NCBI GenBank assembly: GCA_043228905.1
Contig: JBHGNT010000012.1
Span: 9,548,001-9,612,000, forward strand
From: Azolla caroliniana
Lineage: Eukaryota > Plantae > Polypodiophyta
Length of the DNA stretch: 64,000 nt
Reading direction: 5' to 3'
Below the pieces are notes generated by a model. That model worked only from the letters and a program-made list of their open reading frames with translations, had not been told where the DNA came from and searched no databases. This document shows, piece by piece, positions 37,554-51,239 of this stretch (position 1 is its first letter; each line of letters starts with the position of its first letter). The position numbers and the translations under genes are program-made.

Positions 37554-38391
37554 CATGTCCGCATTGTTCTCTCGTTGATGAATCGAGTTCTGTGGCATGG
37601 GTCCATAATATGGTTTAAGTCGGAACCCATTTACCCACTTGTCCAGCACCTCGCCAGCTAGCATTCCCAGATGATATGAGCCGTTCAACTCTCGCACTAT
37701 CCAATATGGTCCGGTCCACCGGAACCGTAGCTTCCCTGACATCTTGTCCATCTGGGTCTGGAACTCTAGTATCGGCTTGCCGATTCCAAACATCTTCTCG
37801 TTACCCTTCTGGTGGTGGTCAAGGAATGCTTTCCTTCGTCGTTGCTCGAGTTCCATCTACATTAGGCTCACTATTCGGTGTTCCTCCAGCTCGCATAGTT
37901 CTGCTAACTGGATTTTTTCCGACTTCTTCTCGTTCAGCCACTCCCGGACCTGTATCCGTAAGCTTGGAATCTGGAATTCAATTGGCATCACCGCTTCGAG
38001 ACCAAATGCTAACCGAAATGGTGTTGTCCGGTTACTTGTTTTGTATGCCATTCGGTAAGCCCATAACGCGCTGTCGTGCCTTTCGGCGCCAGATCGTTGC
38101 GTGAGTCGGGTGCTTGATCCGGTTCTCACCGGGTCTCCTTACCAGTCCTCCTTGCCGGTTCCTCCTTCATCCGGTTCTCCTTACCGGGTCCTCCTTACCG
38201 CTTCCTCCTTCATCCAGTTCTCCTTATCGGGTCCTCCTTACCGGTTACTCCTTCATCCGGTTCTCCTTACCCATCCAAAGCGATCAAAAAGCAATTTTCA
38301 CGTAGTGTGCGAATTACACTATGACAACGTTGTGCAACTTTGTATCCCAATCGGTTCAGTTCTCATTGACAACCTTTCGGAGAATGTTATG
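37554..38391 (-). mobile_element. Gypsy A: integrase C-terminal part, continuing from 60546-64000
   Basis: NILRKVVNEN*TDWDTKLH | SALWAYRMAYK..TPFRLAFGLEAVMP..KLRFRWTGPY. Confidence 0.9.
38072..38326 (+). mobile_element. Short (255-bp) TGTCG...TGACA solo-LTR-like element with CCGGTTCTCCTTA minisatellite
   Basis: Splits the integrase at KLH|SALW; flanks GCGC and ACGT (decayed 4-bp TSD); ends match 2503-3370. Confidence 0.75.
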
Positions 38392-38887
38392 TGTTGTACG
38401 TAGGCCAAAAATATAAATACAAAATATGTAAACTTGCCGGTAGGTAGAAGTAGGTGAGGAAATAGGTAGAACTAAAATAGTCAAGTTTTGAGCCCTCACA
38501 ATTAGCCGACAACTCGGCTCTGTGTAAAGAAGAAAACTATATAAACCGAGACCTGCATACCTGGAGAGGAATATACCTAGATTATTAGCAGGATTAATAT
38601 AGTAGCGCTTGGCTCTGCACGAGACTGGTTCCGACCAAGACCCGTATACTGTATTCACTGTGAGCTTTCTCATTTAATATAAATCTTGCTCTTACTGTTC
38701 CTTCATTTGTGTGTTCTTCCCGTACTTGTAATCGTAGCTACGTCTATGTCTACTGGGTTATAGCCCGTGTACGCTCCCCGTTTCTCTGATGTCTTCTCGG
38801 TGTAGAAGAAGCCGTGATGTAACACGACCCCTTGATACCGATAGCCGGTGGGCTCATCGTAGGTGTTTTCTCCAGAAAAGGTTAACA
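38392..38887 (+). repeat. Gypsy B left LTR
   Basis: TGTTG...TAACA; direct repeat of 60034-60545; TATATAAA at ~38539. Confidence 0.9.
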
Positions 38888-38949
38888 CAATTTGCCACGC
38901 CCAGTTACAGTTGTAAGGTCACAGCAAACTACGTAGGAGGCAAACCTCA

Positions 38950-41931
38950 GCTGCCATTACGGCGCCCAATCACATCACGCGGTCTCGGCCACCTGCCTGA
39001 CGCCTTGAGCCAGTCGAAGGATATTCCGACTCAGCGGTCACTGACCAATCTTTCAAGGAACTATCGGAGGTGCACCGGTTGCAATCCTTGCTACCCGATA
39101 CCCAGTCCCGAGTTGATTCCACACCGATCTCCCCGCCAAGCCCTCTAGAGGTCACCCAATTTGACCCTAAGCCTTTCCTGGATTTACCTGAAAACCCGGA
39201 TCTCGATACCATGCCTTACCCTTACCCACGTTATACAAACGGACCAGACGCAGAATCGCACACCCGTGCTCTCGTGTCCACATGGCAGGCCAACCACTCG
39301 ACGTAGCGGTTATCGGCTAATGAAATCGAGTCCTCCAAAATCGCGGAATTTGCTCTATCCCTCGATAGCCCGACTGCTCGATGGTATTCTCGCCTCAACA
39401 TGGGGGAGGTCACAACGTTCCAGGACGTCCGAACAAAGTTTCTAGAATTATTTCACCGCGAAGTTCCGAAGCGCGAACTGCTCTGGCAGTTCTTTTCCAT
39501 GAGCCAAGAACCTCACGAGACGGTCGCCCAGTTCACGATCTGGTTTCAGGATCTCTACCGACAACTAGCCGACGATGTCTCAACACATCACATTCTAGAT
39601 ACTTTCCTTTCCAGCCTATGGGAGGGAGCCTCTATGGACGACTCTCGCACTTACCAATTTCTCTAACCAAACAATCGAGCAATTTATCGCACGAGTCCTC
39701 GCCATCGATCAGACACAACATAACACGACTTTCTCCATGGGCTCTTTGCAAAGCACCCTTCCTCAGGAGGACAATCATTTCCGACAAGCCGTCCAATGCA
39801 TAGCCTGCTCGAGCTCGGGCTATCTGGCCCTCGAGTGTCCTCAACGGCCACATTGTCCAATCTGTTAGTCCCGATCTCACACGATCGAATAATGTGAATA
39901 CAACATGCTCAAACGCACAACGACGGCTTCGGTTCGCCTGATCGAGCCTCGAAATAAATACTTATGGTAGGACGAGCGTCAATCCTACCGACATCAGGAT
40001 AATGAGCGACCACGATCCCCGGATCGTCAACACCATGACGACAACTACCGCTGTGACGACGACCGCTACCGCCACGACAACCGTAGGAGATCGGACGACC
40101 GTTGTGACCAATACTGCGATGATCAATATAGAGCAAACGACGAGTATGACCGGTATAATGACGACCGGGATGACCGGTATGATCAAGCGGTATTCACGAA
40201 ACGATACAAGGAACTCTCACAAAGGTTCGCGGAACAATCAACGGCATAACCACTATCGTCGTCGGGACCCTCCTCAAAATGTACTATGCAACTCTCTTCC
40301 CCATAACGCGCCACGGGCCAACACGCCTACACAAGAGGCCGGGATCCGCTCACAACCTCTCCCACACATTGATCACGGTGACACTAGCAACTCGGCATTA
40401 GTTACCTGCTTTAAGTGTAACCAACCCGGCCACTACGCTACCCAATGCCCAACCACGGACCGTGGCAAGGCCCCGACTGTGAATAGTATTATAGCAGACG
40501 TTCAACACGTTACTACACGTAGCAAAACCCAAGCTACCCAATAGCAAGCAAGTACAAGATGAAGTCTGACAAGCAGCCAAGGAATGGATTGACACCGTCA
40601 ACAAAAGCAACGTTGAGCGGATGCACACAGAGATGCAGGACGTGACCATCGGAGCACCACAATCCACAGGATCATCCACCTCAGCAGAAGATGACCATCT
40701 GTGGGACACCCTTACCAGTTCTAGGATCTCGCTACCATTGCATAAGCTTTTACCACTCATGCCGCGCTTTCGGGATACATTGGTTATGCTCACGACTAAC
40801 GCCAAATCGGTCGCACCCCCTATTAACTTGACAGAGCCAGGGATGGGCCCACCCCTCATGGATTCTCAGAATCCAGCTGGGAAAATCATGATTAAGGGAT
40901 GCGACCTTCAGGGATGCATAATCAACAGTGGCTCCGGCGTGAAGGTCATCAGCGAGGCCACATGTCACACACTCGGTCTGAACTAGTGGGAACCTTGCCC
41001 CTTTTGGCTTCGGATGGCCGATACGCGATCGGTTCGCCCCATAGGGTTAATCCGCCACCTTGACTTCATGTTAGGAGGCCACATGTTCACTATCTCGGTA
41101 GGCGTGTTATGCCTCGAAGCCCCGAGCTCCTACCCAATGCTGCTTGGACGACCCGGGCTGCACACAACAAATATTAAGCAACATTGGCAATGAAATATGA
41201 TCTCTTTCCACTGGGGGAAGACCAAGGTACGGTTAATAACAAAAGAACGCCTAACCACGCCCCACAACCCCACGCCCTTATACGCGAAAGGGGTACACAT
41301 GCTTGACGGGTTAGCCGACGACGAGGTGGATGACTTCCTGGAAGATCATCCCACTATCATACCCCTATTCGACATAGACGCCATCTCGGCCTTCGGCACA
41401 CCACCAGACGAGGATGTTACGGAAGGTTCACTTCCCTAGGATGAACCCGATTCCACAACTATCATGGAATTACGACATGCTCGGGACACATTTGAACGAG
41501 AACTCACCATCTCCCAGCAAGTCAAAGTAGCAACGCTCGAGTCAGTTAACCTCGGCTCCGACGAGAACCCGCGTACACTACATTACCAACCGACGAATAG
41601 TCAGTCCTCATACGCCTGCTCACGAATTATCAGGATGTATTCGCATGGTCTTACACTGATATGAAGGGATTGGATCCCCAACATTACCAACACTAAATAC
41701 ACCTCCTGCATGACACTCGGCCAGTCCAACAACGACGATACCATATGAACCCCAACTACGCGGTTAAGGTCAAAGAGGAGATCGACAAGCTCCTTTGAGT
41801 AGGTTTTATATGCCTAGTAAAAAGATCCACATGGTTAAGCCCAATCGTCGTCGTCCCGAAGAAAAATGGGATAATCCGTGTTTGCGTTGATTACTGCAAA
41901 CTCAATGCCGCGACAGTCAAGGATGGGTTTC
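38950..41931 (+). pseudogene. Gypsy B gag, protease and RT N-terminus
   Basis: PYPYPRY..DAESH; CFKCNQPGHYATQC; IINSGSGV (degenerate DSG); WLSPIVVVPKKNG.IRVCVDY. Confidence 0.88.
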
Positions 41932-42652
41932 TGTTAGGAAACAGGTCCCTCCGGATGGGAAGTGAGAAGAACAGTGAGAAACTAGATGTGGAGTACCTGG
42001 CAACGGAAGACCCAGTGAGAACTGGATGTGGAGTACCCGGCAATGGAAGACCCGGTGACAAACGGATGACGAGTGCCCGGCAAGAGCCGGATGGTGAAGG
42101 CCCGATGAGAACCGGATGACGAGTGGCTGGCAAGAGCCGGATGATGCAGGCCCGGTGAGGAGTGCTCACCGGATGAAGGGAAATATTCGTAAATATGTTT
42201 CTGAGAGTCCATTGGGGCTATATTTGTAAATTGTCGAAAAGTCATATTAGTATAAATATGACTTAGGGAAAACTTAGTATAGAGTAGTGGTCATTGTTGT
42301 TGGTGCAAGATTTGAGCGCGTAACTTTGTACAGAGAGAGAGAAAGAGAGGAAGAGGTCGTTGCCTCTGTTGTAACCGCCACCTATGGCGAAGATAGCAAG
42401 CTCGAGGTCGTTGTGTCGGTGCTTTACTATTGTACATTGTGATATAGTGATAGTTTGCAATCTGTGGGTTGCCGTGGTTTTTCCCTAGTTTGGGTTTTCC
42501 ACATTAACATCATGTGTACTTTTCTCTTCACTATGTCGTCCGTTCATTACCCGTTTTCTGTGTTTGATCCTAGGCTCGGTTGTGGCCGAGCGTTGTTCAT
42601 CGGGAGCGTGTATTCCTGTCAAAGTGGTATCAGAGCGAGGTGACACAGAAAA

Positions 42653-45600
42653 ATGGACGATTCATTGGGAGGCATGTTCAAGCTCACCAGCTCCAACTAT
42701 TCGGTGTGGAAGTCGAAGATGAGGATCATACTCGTGGTTAAAGATCTTTGGTTGTCGGTTCAGTTCGGGGACAAGAGACCGAACAAAATCGATGCCACGA
42801 TATGGGAAGTGATGCACATGAAGACAACGACGTACATACGGTGCTTCATTGACATGAGTGTATACAACAACTTCAATGAAGAGAGGAAGGCTCATGAGCT
42901 CTGGGAGAAGATCGGCATTATGTTTCAGAACAAAAATGATGTTAATCAGGTTTCGGTATTTTGGGAAGCTAGTAAGACTCCGGTACCACGATGGCTCCAG
43001 CATGACGGAGCACATGAATGCCTTCCAGGGGCTGATCTACCAGGCAACATCATTGGAAGTACCTCTCGCCGATGAGGTACTAGCACTGCTCCTGCTCGGT
43101 TCCCTCCTAGATAGCTGGGAGACGTTGGTTGTCACTCTGGGCAACGCCAGACCGGAAGGGAAACGGTTATCCCTGGCAAGAGTAAAGTCGAGCTTGCTAG
43201 ATGAGGAGGCGCATCGAAAAGACAAGGATACGAACTCCGACTCCAAAGCGCTCATTACCGAATCGGAACGCGGAAGACAAAGGAACCGTAGTCCCTAGAA
43301 CCGGGAGAAGTCGGGGACACGGTCAAAGTCAAGGGGGAGGCCTACCTGCTTCTATTGCGGCAAGCCGAGACACTTCCAGAAGAACTGTCAGCACTTCCGA
43401 AAAGACAAGGAAACCGATGGTACCGATTCGAAGCGGACACCAGACCGGAACGGTAAAGACCGGAGGGGAACGGACCGAAAGGGAACGACGACAATCACGG
43501 CAACTGAAGAAGAGTTGATGCTCATCACCGAGGACAGTGAGCTAAACCTTGCCGACGACGAAATGACCTGGGTTGTCGACTCCGGAGCGTCGTTTCACCT
43601 TACCCCGGACCGGAAATCCTTCTCATCGTACTCAGCCGGTGATCACGGCTGTGTCCGGATGGGGAATGAAGGTACATGCCGAATTGTCGGCATAGGAGAC
43701 GTGTGGTTGACAACACCAACCGGATGCAAGCTACTGCTAAAGGATGACTGACACGTTTCGGAGGTTCGTCTGAACCTGATATCAGCCGGTCGGCTAGATG
43801 ATGAAGGCTACACGGGTACCATCCAGAATGGTGTTATGAAGTTCAGCAAAGGGAGCCTGATAGTGGCTTGGGTCCGGAAGGTCAACACGCTGTACCTGAG
43901 GAATGCCCGGTTATGCCCGAAAGAAGTGAACGTGGCATCCGACACTGCCGGTGAGCTGTGGCACAAGAGGCTGTGTCACATGAGCGAGAAGGGGATGAAG
44001 AGGCTTGCAGACGACAACCTCATTCCAGTGAAGAACGTGCACTTGGAGAAGTGCATTGATTGTTTGGTCGGTAAACAAAACCGGACCTCCTTCCGATCGA
44101 GGCCACCGATGAGACGTAATGCACCACTGGAGTTGGTGCATACTGATGTATGTCAAGTGGACACGAAGTCACATGCTGGATCGCAGTATTTCGTGACGTT
44201 CAAAGATGACCACAGCCGGAAGCTGTGGGCCACACCGTTGAAGACGAAGGATCAGGTGCTATCCATCTTCAAAGAGCTCCACGCGAGAGTGGAAAGAGAA
44301 ACAGGCCGGAAGCTGAAGGCGGTTCGACCAGATAATGGAGGTGAATACCGGGGGCAGTTCGAGGAGTACTGTCGCTCGAAGGGAATCCGGCTCGAATTTA
44401 CCGTGCCGAAGATGCCGGAACTAAACGGGCTGGCCGAGAGGATGAAGCGGACCATAATGGAGAAGGTCCGGAGTATGCTGGCGCTTGCAAAATTACCCAA
44501 GACGTTTTGGGCTGAGACGCTGTCGACAGCGACATATGTGGTAAACAGATCACCCTCAGTGCCCTTGGATGGAGACTCACCGCAGAAGGTGTGGACCAGT
44601 AAGGAAGTGTCCTACTGGCATCTGAAGGTGTTCGAGTGTCTCGTGTACGTGCATGTTGCTAAGGGCCGCAGAGGAAAGTTGGATCCAAAGACCCAACCAT
44701 GCATATTCCTCGGATACGGCGATGATGAGTTCGGCTACCGAGTGTGGGATCCGGTTGACAAGAAGGCTTTCAGGAGTCGAGATATTATCTTCATGGAGGA
44801 CAAGACTCTTGCCGGTTGGGAGTTGGAGAAGAAGATAACGAACTCCGATAAGATTCAGACACACCCGGCTAAGAGACAGTTGACACTCGAGGAACCAGCT
44901 GGTTACGGTGAGGATACCGAACCGGTAGAAGAAGAAGTAGAGGAAGCTGAAATTGGAACTGACCAAGACCCCGAATCGGATTCGGATGAAGAACAAATAG
45001 TGGAGCCGGTTGCCGAAGGCCAAAGACAGAGATATCCTCTCAGAGAGAGAAGGGCCCCCCCGGAGATTTCCGGATGCAGAGCATGTGCTGCTGACCGATG
45101 AGGGAGAGCCGGAAACCTTTGAAGAAGTGAAGGATGACACCCACATCCACAAATGGGTGTACACTCCGAAACAAGTGGGTGTACAAGTTGAAACCGGGAG
45201 ATGGCGGCAACCCCCCGAGATACAAAGCCAGGATCGTGGTGAAGGGGTTCCAGCAGAAGAAGGGCGTGGACTTCGACGAGATATTTGTCCCGGTAGTAAA
45301 GATGACCTCCATCCGGACGGTGCTGAGTATAGTGGCAAGCATGGACCTCGAGGTAGAGCAGCTGGACGTGAAGATGGCATTCCTTCATGGTGACCTCGAA
45401 GAGGAGATCTACGTGCAGCAACCGGAAGGATTCATGGAGAAAGGGAAGGAGCACCTGGTTTGCCGGTTGAAGAAGAACCTATACGGACTGAAGCAGGCTC
45501 CCTGACAATGGTACCGGAAGTTCGACTCCTTCATGACCGATCAAGGATACCACAAGACGCAGGCCGATCACTGCATGTTTGTGAAGAAGTTCAAAGGAGG

Positions 45601-46532
45601 TGACTTCCTCATACTCCTTCTGTACATGGACGACATGTTGATTGTCGGACGGGACCAAGCCAAAATATGGATGCTGAAGACGGCTCTCAATCGAACCTTC
45701 GCAATGAAAGACTTGGGCCTGGCAAGACAGATACTGGGGATGCACATCATCCGGGACCGGTCAAAGAAGCAATTGTGGTTGTCACAGGAGAAATACGTGA
45801 CAAAGGTGCTTCAACGGTTCAACATGTTAGAAGCAAAACCGGTCGGATCGACACTCCCGGCAAACTGCAGACTATCCGGTAAGCAAAGCCCGAAGACGAA
45901 AGCAGAGAGGGCTGATATGATGAAGGTTCCATATACCTCTGCCGTCAAGAGCTTAATGTACGCAATGGTGTGTACCTGACCGGATATAGGATACGCAATC
46001 GGAGTGGTGAGCCGGTTTATGAGCAATCCCGGCAAGGAGCACTGGAACGCGGTCAAATGGTTTCTCCGGTACTTGAATGGCACTTTGGATATGTGTCTCT
46101 GATTCGGCTTTGGTAAACCTCAACTTGAAGGTTTTACCGATTTGGACATGTCGGCTGATGTGGATACCAGCTGATCTACATCCGGGTATGTAATGACATA
46201 TGTAGGGGGAGCTGTCTCGTGGCAGTCGAGGCTGCATAAGACGGTTGCGTTATCAACCACGGAAGCAGAGTACATAGCGGCTGTGGAAGACGGCAAGGAA
46301 ATATTATGGATGAAGGACTTCATCGGAGAGCTCGATATCCGGCAAGATGAATACCGACTCTATTGTGATAGTCAAAGTGTCATCCACCTTACTAAGAACA
46401 CTGCGTACCATTCAAGGACGAAGCACATCCAACGTAGGTATCACTGGATTTGGGAGCGAGTAGAAGATCGAGAGTTCGCGCTGACGAAGATTCACACGGC
46501 AGAGAACGAGTTCGATATGCTGACCAAAGTAC
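42653..46532 (+). pseudogene. Copia-1 gag-pol
   Basis: WVVDSGASFH, WHKRLCH..CIDC, VHTDV, DNGGEY, YKARIVVKGF, LYMDDM, STTEAEY, HSRTKHI; several stops and frameshifts. Confidence 0.95.
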
Positions 46533-49500
46533 TGACAGGAACTACACGTTCCCGATGAACAATGTTCGGCCACAACCGAGCTTAGAATCAAAAACACAGA
46601 AAAACAGGGAATGAATGCACGACACAATGGAGAGAAGAGTACACAGGATGTTTATGTGGAAAACCCAAACACGGGAAAAACCACGGCAGTCCACTGACTG
46701 CTAACTATCACTATGTAACAATATACAATAGATGAACACAGAGGCAATGACCTCTTGTTCACTGTCTTCGCCATAGGCGGCGGTTACAGCAGAGATACGA
46801 ACTCTTTGTCTTTTTCACTCTCTCTCTCTCTCTCTCTCTCTGTACACTATTGCGCTCTAATCTTGCGCCAATAAGAATGACAACAACACACTACTAAGTT
46901 TTCCCTAAGTCATATTTATACTAATATGAGTTGTCAGCTATTTACAAATATAGCCTCGATGGACTCTCAGAAAACATATTTACGAATATATCCCTTCATC
47001 CGGTGAGCACTCCTCACCGGGCCTGCATCATCTGGACCAAGCCAGGTACTCGTCATCCGGTTCTCACCGGCACCATCCGGCTCTTGCCGGGTACTCGTCA
47101 TCCGGTTCTCACCGGCACCATCCGACTCTTGCCGGGTACTCGTCATCCGGTTCTCACCGGGTCTTCCGTAGCCGGGTACTCCACATCCGATTTCTCACTT
47201 CCCATCCGGAGGGACCTGTTTCCTAACAAACTCCCCCTTCACTCCGGCATGGGATGTCTTATTAGTGCGATCCCCTTCCGGCATTCATCTAGCTTGTCGG
47301 GTATCAGTACTTTGGTCAACATATCTGACCCGTTCTCGGTCGTGTGGATCTTCGTCAACGCGAACTCCTGGTCCTCTACTCTTTCCCGGATCCAGTGATA
47401 CCTTCACTGGATATGCTTCATCCGGAAATGGTAGACTGCATTCTTAACAAGGTGGATGGCACTTTGACTGTCGCAATAGAGCCGGTATTCATCTTGCCAG
47501 ATACCAAGCTCTCCGATGAAGTCCTTCATCCATAATATTTCCTTGCCGGCTTCCACGGCCGCCATGTACTCCGCCTCCGTTGTTGACAACACAACCGTCT
47601 TCTACAGCCTCGATTGCCACGAAACAGCTCCCCCTACATATGTCATTACATACCCCGATATAGACCAACTGGTATCCACATCAGCCGACATGTCCGAATC
47701 GGAAAACCCGTCAAGTTGAAGTTTTCTGGAGCCGAATCGGAGACACATATCCAAAGTGCCCTTCAAGTACCGGAGTATCCATTTGACCGCGTTCCAGTGC
47801 TCCTTGCCGGGATTGCTCATAAACCGGCTCACCACTCCGACTGCGTGTCCTATATCCAGTCGGGTACACAGCATTGTGTACATTAAGCTCCTGACGGCTG
47901 AGGCATATGGAACCTTCATCATATCAGCCTTCTCAGCTTTCGTCTTCGGGCTTTGCTTACCGGATAATCTTCAGTTTGCCGGGAGTGTCGATCCCACCGG
48001 TTTTGCATCTAACATGTTGAACTGCCGAAGCACCTTTGTCACGTACTTCTCCTGTGACAGCCACAATTGCTTCGTTGACCGGTCCCGGATGATATGCATC
48101 CCCAGCATCTGTCTTGCCGGACCCAAGTCTTTCATTGCGGAAGTTCAGTTGAGAGCCTTCTTCAGCATCCGTATTTTGGCTTGGACCCGTCTGACGATCA
48201 ACATGTCGTCCACGTACAGAAGGAGTATCAGGAAGTCGATTCCTTCGAACTTCTTCACAAACATGCAGTGATCGGCCTGCATCTTGTGGTACCCTTGATC
48301 GAGCATGAAGGAGTCAAACCTCCGGTACCATTTTCAGGGAGCCTGCTTCAGTCCGTACAGGCTCTTCTTCAACCAGCAAACCAGGTGCTCCTTCCCTTTC
48401 TCCGCGAATCCTTCCGGTTGCTGCATGTAGATCTCCTCTTCGAGGTCACCGTGAAGGAATGTCGTCTTCACGTCCACCTGCTCTACCTCGAGGTCCATGC
48501 TTGACGCTATACTCAGCACCGTCCGGATGGAGGTCATCTTTACTACCGGGACAAATATCTCGTCAAAGTCCACGCCCTTCTTCTGCTGGAACCCCTTCAC
48601 CACAATCCTTCCTTTGTATCTCGGGGGTTTGCCGCCATTTCCCAGTTTCAACTTGTACACCCACTTGTTTCGGAGTGCCCGCTTTCCTTTCGACAACTCC
48701 ACCAATTCATACGTATGGTTCTTATGCAGGGAATCCATCTCATCCTGCATGGCACTTAACCATTTTCGGCTAAGGGCGTCACTTTTAGCTTCCTCGAAGC
48801 TTTCTGGCTCCCCCTCATCGGTCAACAGCACATGCTCTGTATCCGGAAATCTCCGGGGGGACCCTTCTCTCTCTGAGAGGATATCTCCGTCTTTGGGCTT
48901 CGGTAACCGGCTCCTCCATTTGCTCTTCATCCGAATCCGATTCGGGGTCTTGGCCGGTTCCGGTTTCAGCTTCCTCTACTTCTTCTTCTGCCGGTTTGGT
49001 ATCCTCACCGTAACCGGCTGGTTCCTCCAGTGCTAACCGGTCTCTTGCCGGTTGGGTCTGCTCATCGTAGAGTCGATCCTTACCGGTCGACTCGCAGTTC
49101 ATTATCTTCTTCTCTGACTCCCAGTCGGCGAGCGTCTTGTCCTCCATGAAGATAATATCTCGACTCCGGAATACCTTCTTGTCGACCGGGTCCCACACTC
49201 GGTAGCCAAACTCATCGTCGCCATCACCGAGGAATATGCATGGCCGGGTCTTGGGTAATTTTGCAAGCGCCAGCATACTCCGGACCTTCTCCATTATGGT
49301 CCGCTTCATCCTCTCGGCCAGCCCGTTTAGTTCCGGCATCTTCGGCACGGTAAATTCGAGCCGGATTCCCTTCGAGCGACAGTACTCCTCGAACTGCCCC
49401 CGGTATTCACCTCCGTTATCTGCTCGAACCGCCTTCAGCTTCCGATTGGTTTCTCTTTCCACTCTCGCATGGAGCTCTTTGAAGACGGATAGCACCTGAT

Positions 49501-49998
49501 CCTTCGTCTTCAACGGTGTGGCCCTTAGCTTCCTGTTGTGGTCATCTATGAACGTCACCAAGTACTGCGATCCTGCATGTGACTTCGTGTCCACTTGACA
49601 CACATCAGTATGCACCAACTCCAGTGGTGCATTACGTCTCATCGGTGGCCTTGGTCGGAAGGAGGTCCGGTTTTGCTTACCGGCCAGACAATCAATGCAC
49701 TTCTCCAGGTGCACGTTCTTCACTAGAATGAGGTTGTTGTCTGCAAGCCTCTTCATCCCCTTCTCGCGCATGTGACACAACCTTTTGTGCCACAGCTCAC
49801 CGATAGTATCGGATGCCACGTTCACTTCCTCCGGGCATAACCGGGCATTCATCAGGTACAACATGTTTACCGTCCGGGCCCGAGCCACAATCAGGCTCCC
49901 TTTGTTGAAGTTTATAACACCGTTCTGGATGTTACCCATGTAGCCTTCATCATCTAGCCGACCGGCTGATATCAGGTTCAGATGAACCTCCGGAACGT

Positions 49999-51239
49999 TG
50001 TCGTGTGAATCTTCACACACTATGTAAAAAAATAATGAAATAATTATTATAGATTAGATTAGTAGCTTACTATAGAAAGATAGATATACTCAAGAGCTTC
50101 AAAATGTATTTTACTATATACAAAATGGAGAAATACATATCAAGTTATGGGAAAATGAAGTTTGATTAGATAGAGAAATTAGAACTATCCCACATAGATA
50201 GGAAAGTTAAGGCCCTGGCTATATAAACACCTTGAGCTCCCTCATTTTTCATTTGTGCTGAGAGAACTTTGGCCACTTTGTCTTGATGGATGATGGTGGC
50301 CAAAATCCCTAAAACCGGAAACGGGCCGGTAAGCAAAACCGGAACCGGAACGGGTATGCAAAACCGGAAATCGGCCGGTAAGCAAAACCGGAACCGGAAT
50401 CGGCAAGCAAACCGGAACCAGCCGGCAAGCAAAACCGGAACCGGAACCGGCAAGCAAACCGGAACCGGAACCGGCAAGCAAACCGGAACCGGCCGGCAAG
50501 CAAAACCGGAACAGGAACCGGCAAGCAAAACCGGAAACCGGCCGGCAAGCAAAACCGAAACCGAAACCGGCAAGCAAATCGGAACCGGTCGGCAAGCAAA
50601 ATCGGAACCGGAACCGACCGGCAAGCAAAATGGAACCGGCTACCGGACGATGTTGGACGCGGACGGACGAAAGATTGGATCATGCAACAAACTAAAGTAA
50701 AGTGAAGAGAACTAAAGTAAAGGCCATGTGGACGCAAGCAACTAAAGAAGGGAGTGCATGGAAAAAGTAAAGGTCATGTGGACAGTCACATGCAACCAAA
50801 AGAAAAAGCTAGGCAACTAAAAGTAGAGGCCATGCAACAAAAAGTGAAAAGGCTATGATCAAGAGCGAACTCCATTTTTCTTTTAATTTTTTTTTTTCCT
50901 ACATGAGGATAGACTCTCCATATTATCTTAATTTTCTTCTCAACTCCCTTATCTTAGGAAGCCATAATACTCATAGAACCTAATCCTAATCTTCCCTACG
51001 GAAGCCATATCTACCAAAACCCCTAATTTTTCTTTTCTATTAATCTTAGTAAACCTAAAACTTCTAAATCCCAATCTTGGGACATATTGTAATTTCTTTT
51101 CCCTTTATTAATGAAATTTGTGAATCTTTATCATTTTGCGTTAATTGTTTAATATAATCATACGAATCTGATATCTTCTGGTCGAAGGCCCCGGGGTCCT
51201 GCCTCAAAGTTCGCGTATCCTCGTCGTATTTTCGCGACA
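49999..51239. mobile_element. Solo-LTR-like TGTCG...CGACA element, 1241 bp, 4-bp TSD ACGT
   Basis: ACGT at 49995-49998 and 51240-51243; removing it restores the copia frame by comparison with Copia-1 ~43750; terminal hairpin GTGTGAA-TC-TTCACAC. Confidence 0.88.
50310..50645. repeat. AACCGG / CAAGCAA minisatellite (~18-30-bp units)
   Basis: About 12 imperfect copies of AACCGGAACCGGCAAGCAA. Confidence 0.9.

Noticed and set aside
46817-46841. (CT)n microsatellite, also at ~52655
   Set aside because: An ordinary component of the Copia-2 LTRs
44577-48504. Long antisense ORFs over copia pol
   Set aside because: Shadow ORFs of GC-rich coding sequence
50166-50737. Low-complexity ORFs (KTGTGTG / FRFRF / PVPVP)
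   Set aside because: Stop-free translations of the AACCGG minisatellite in several frames
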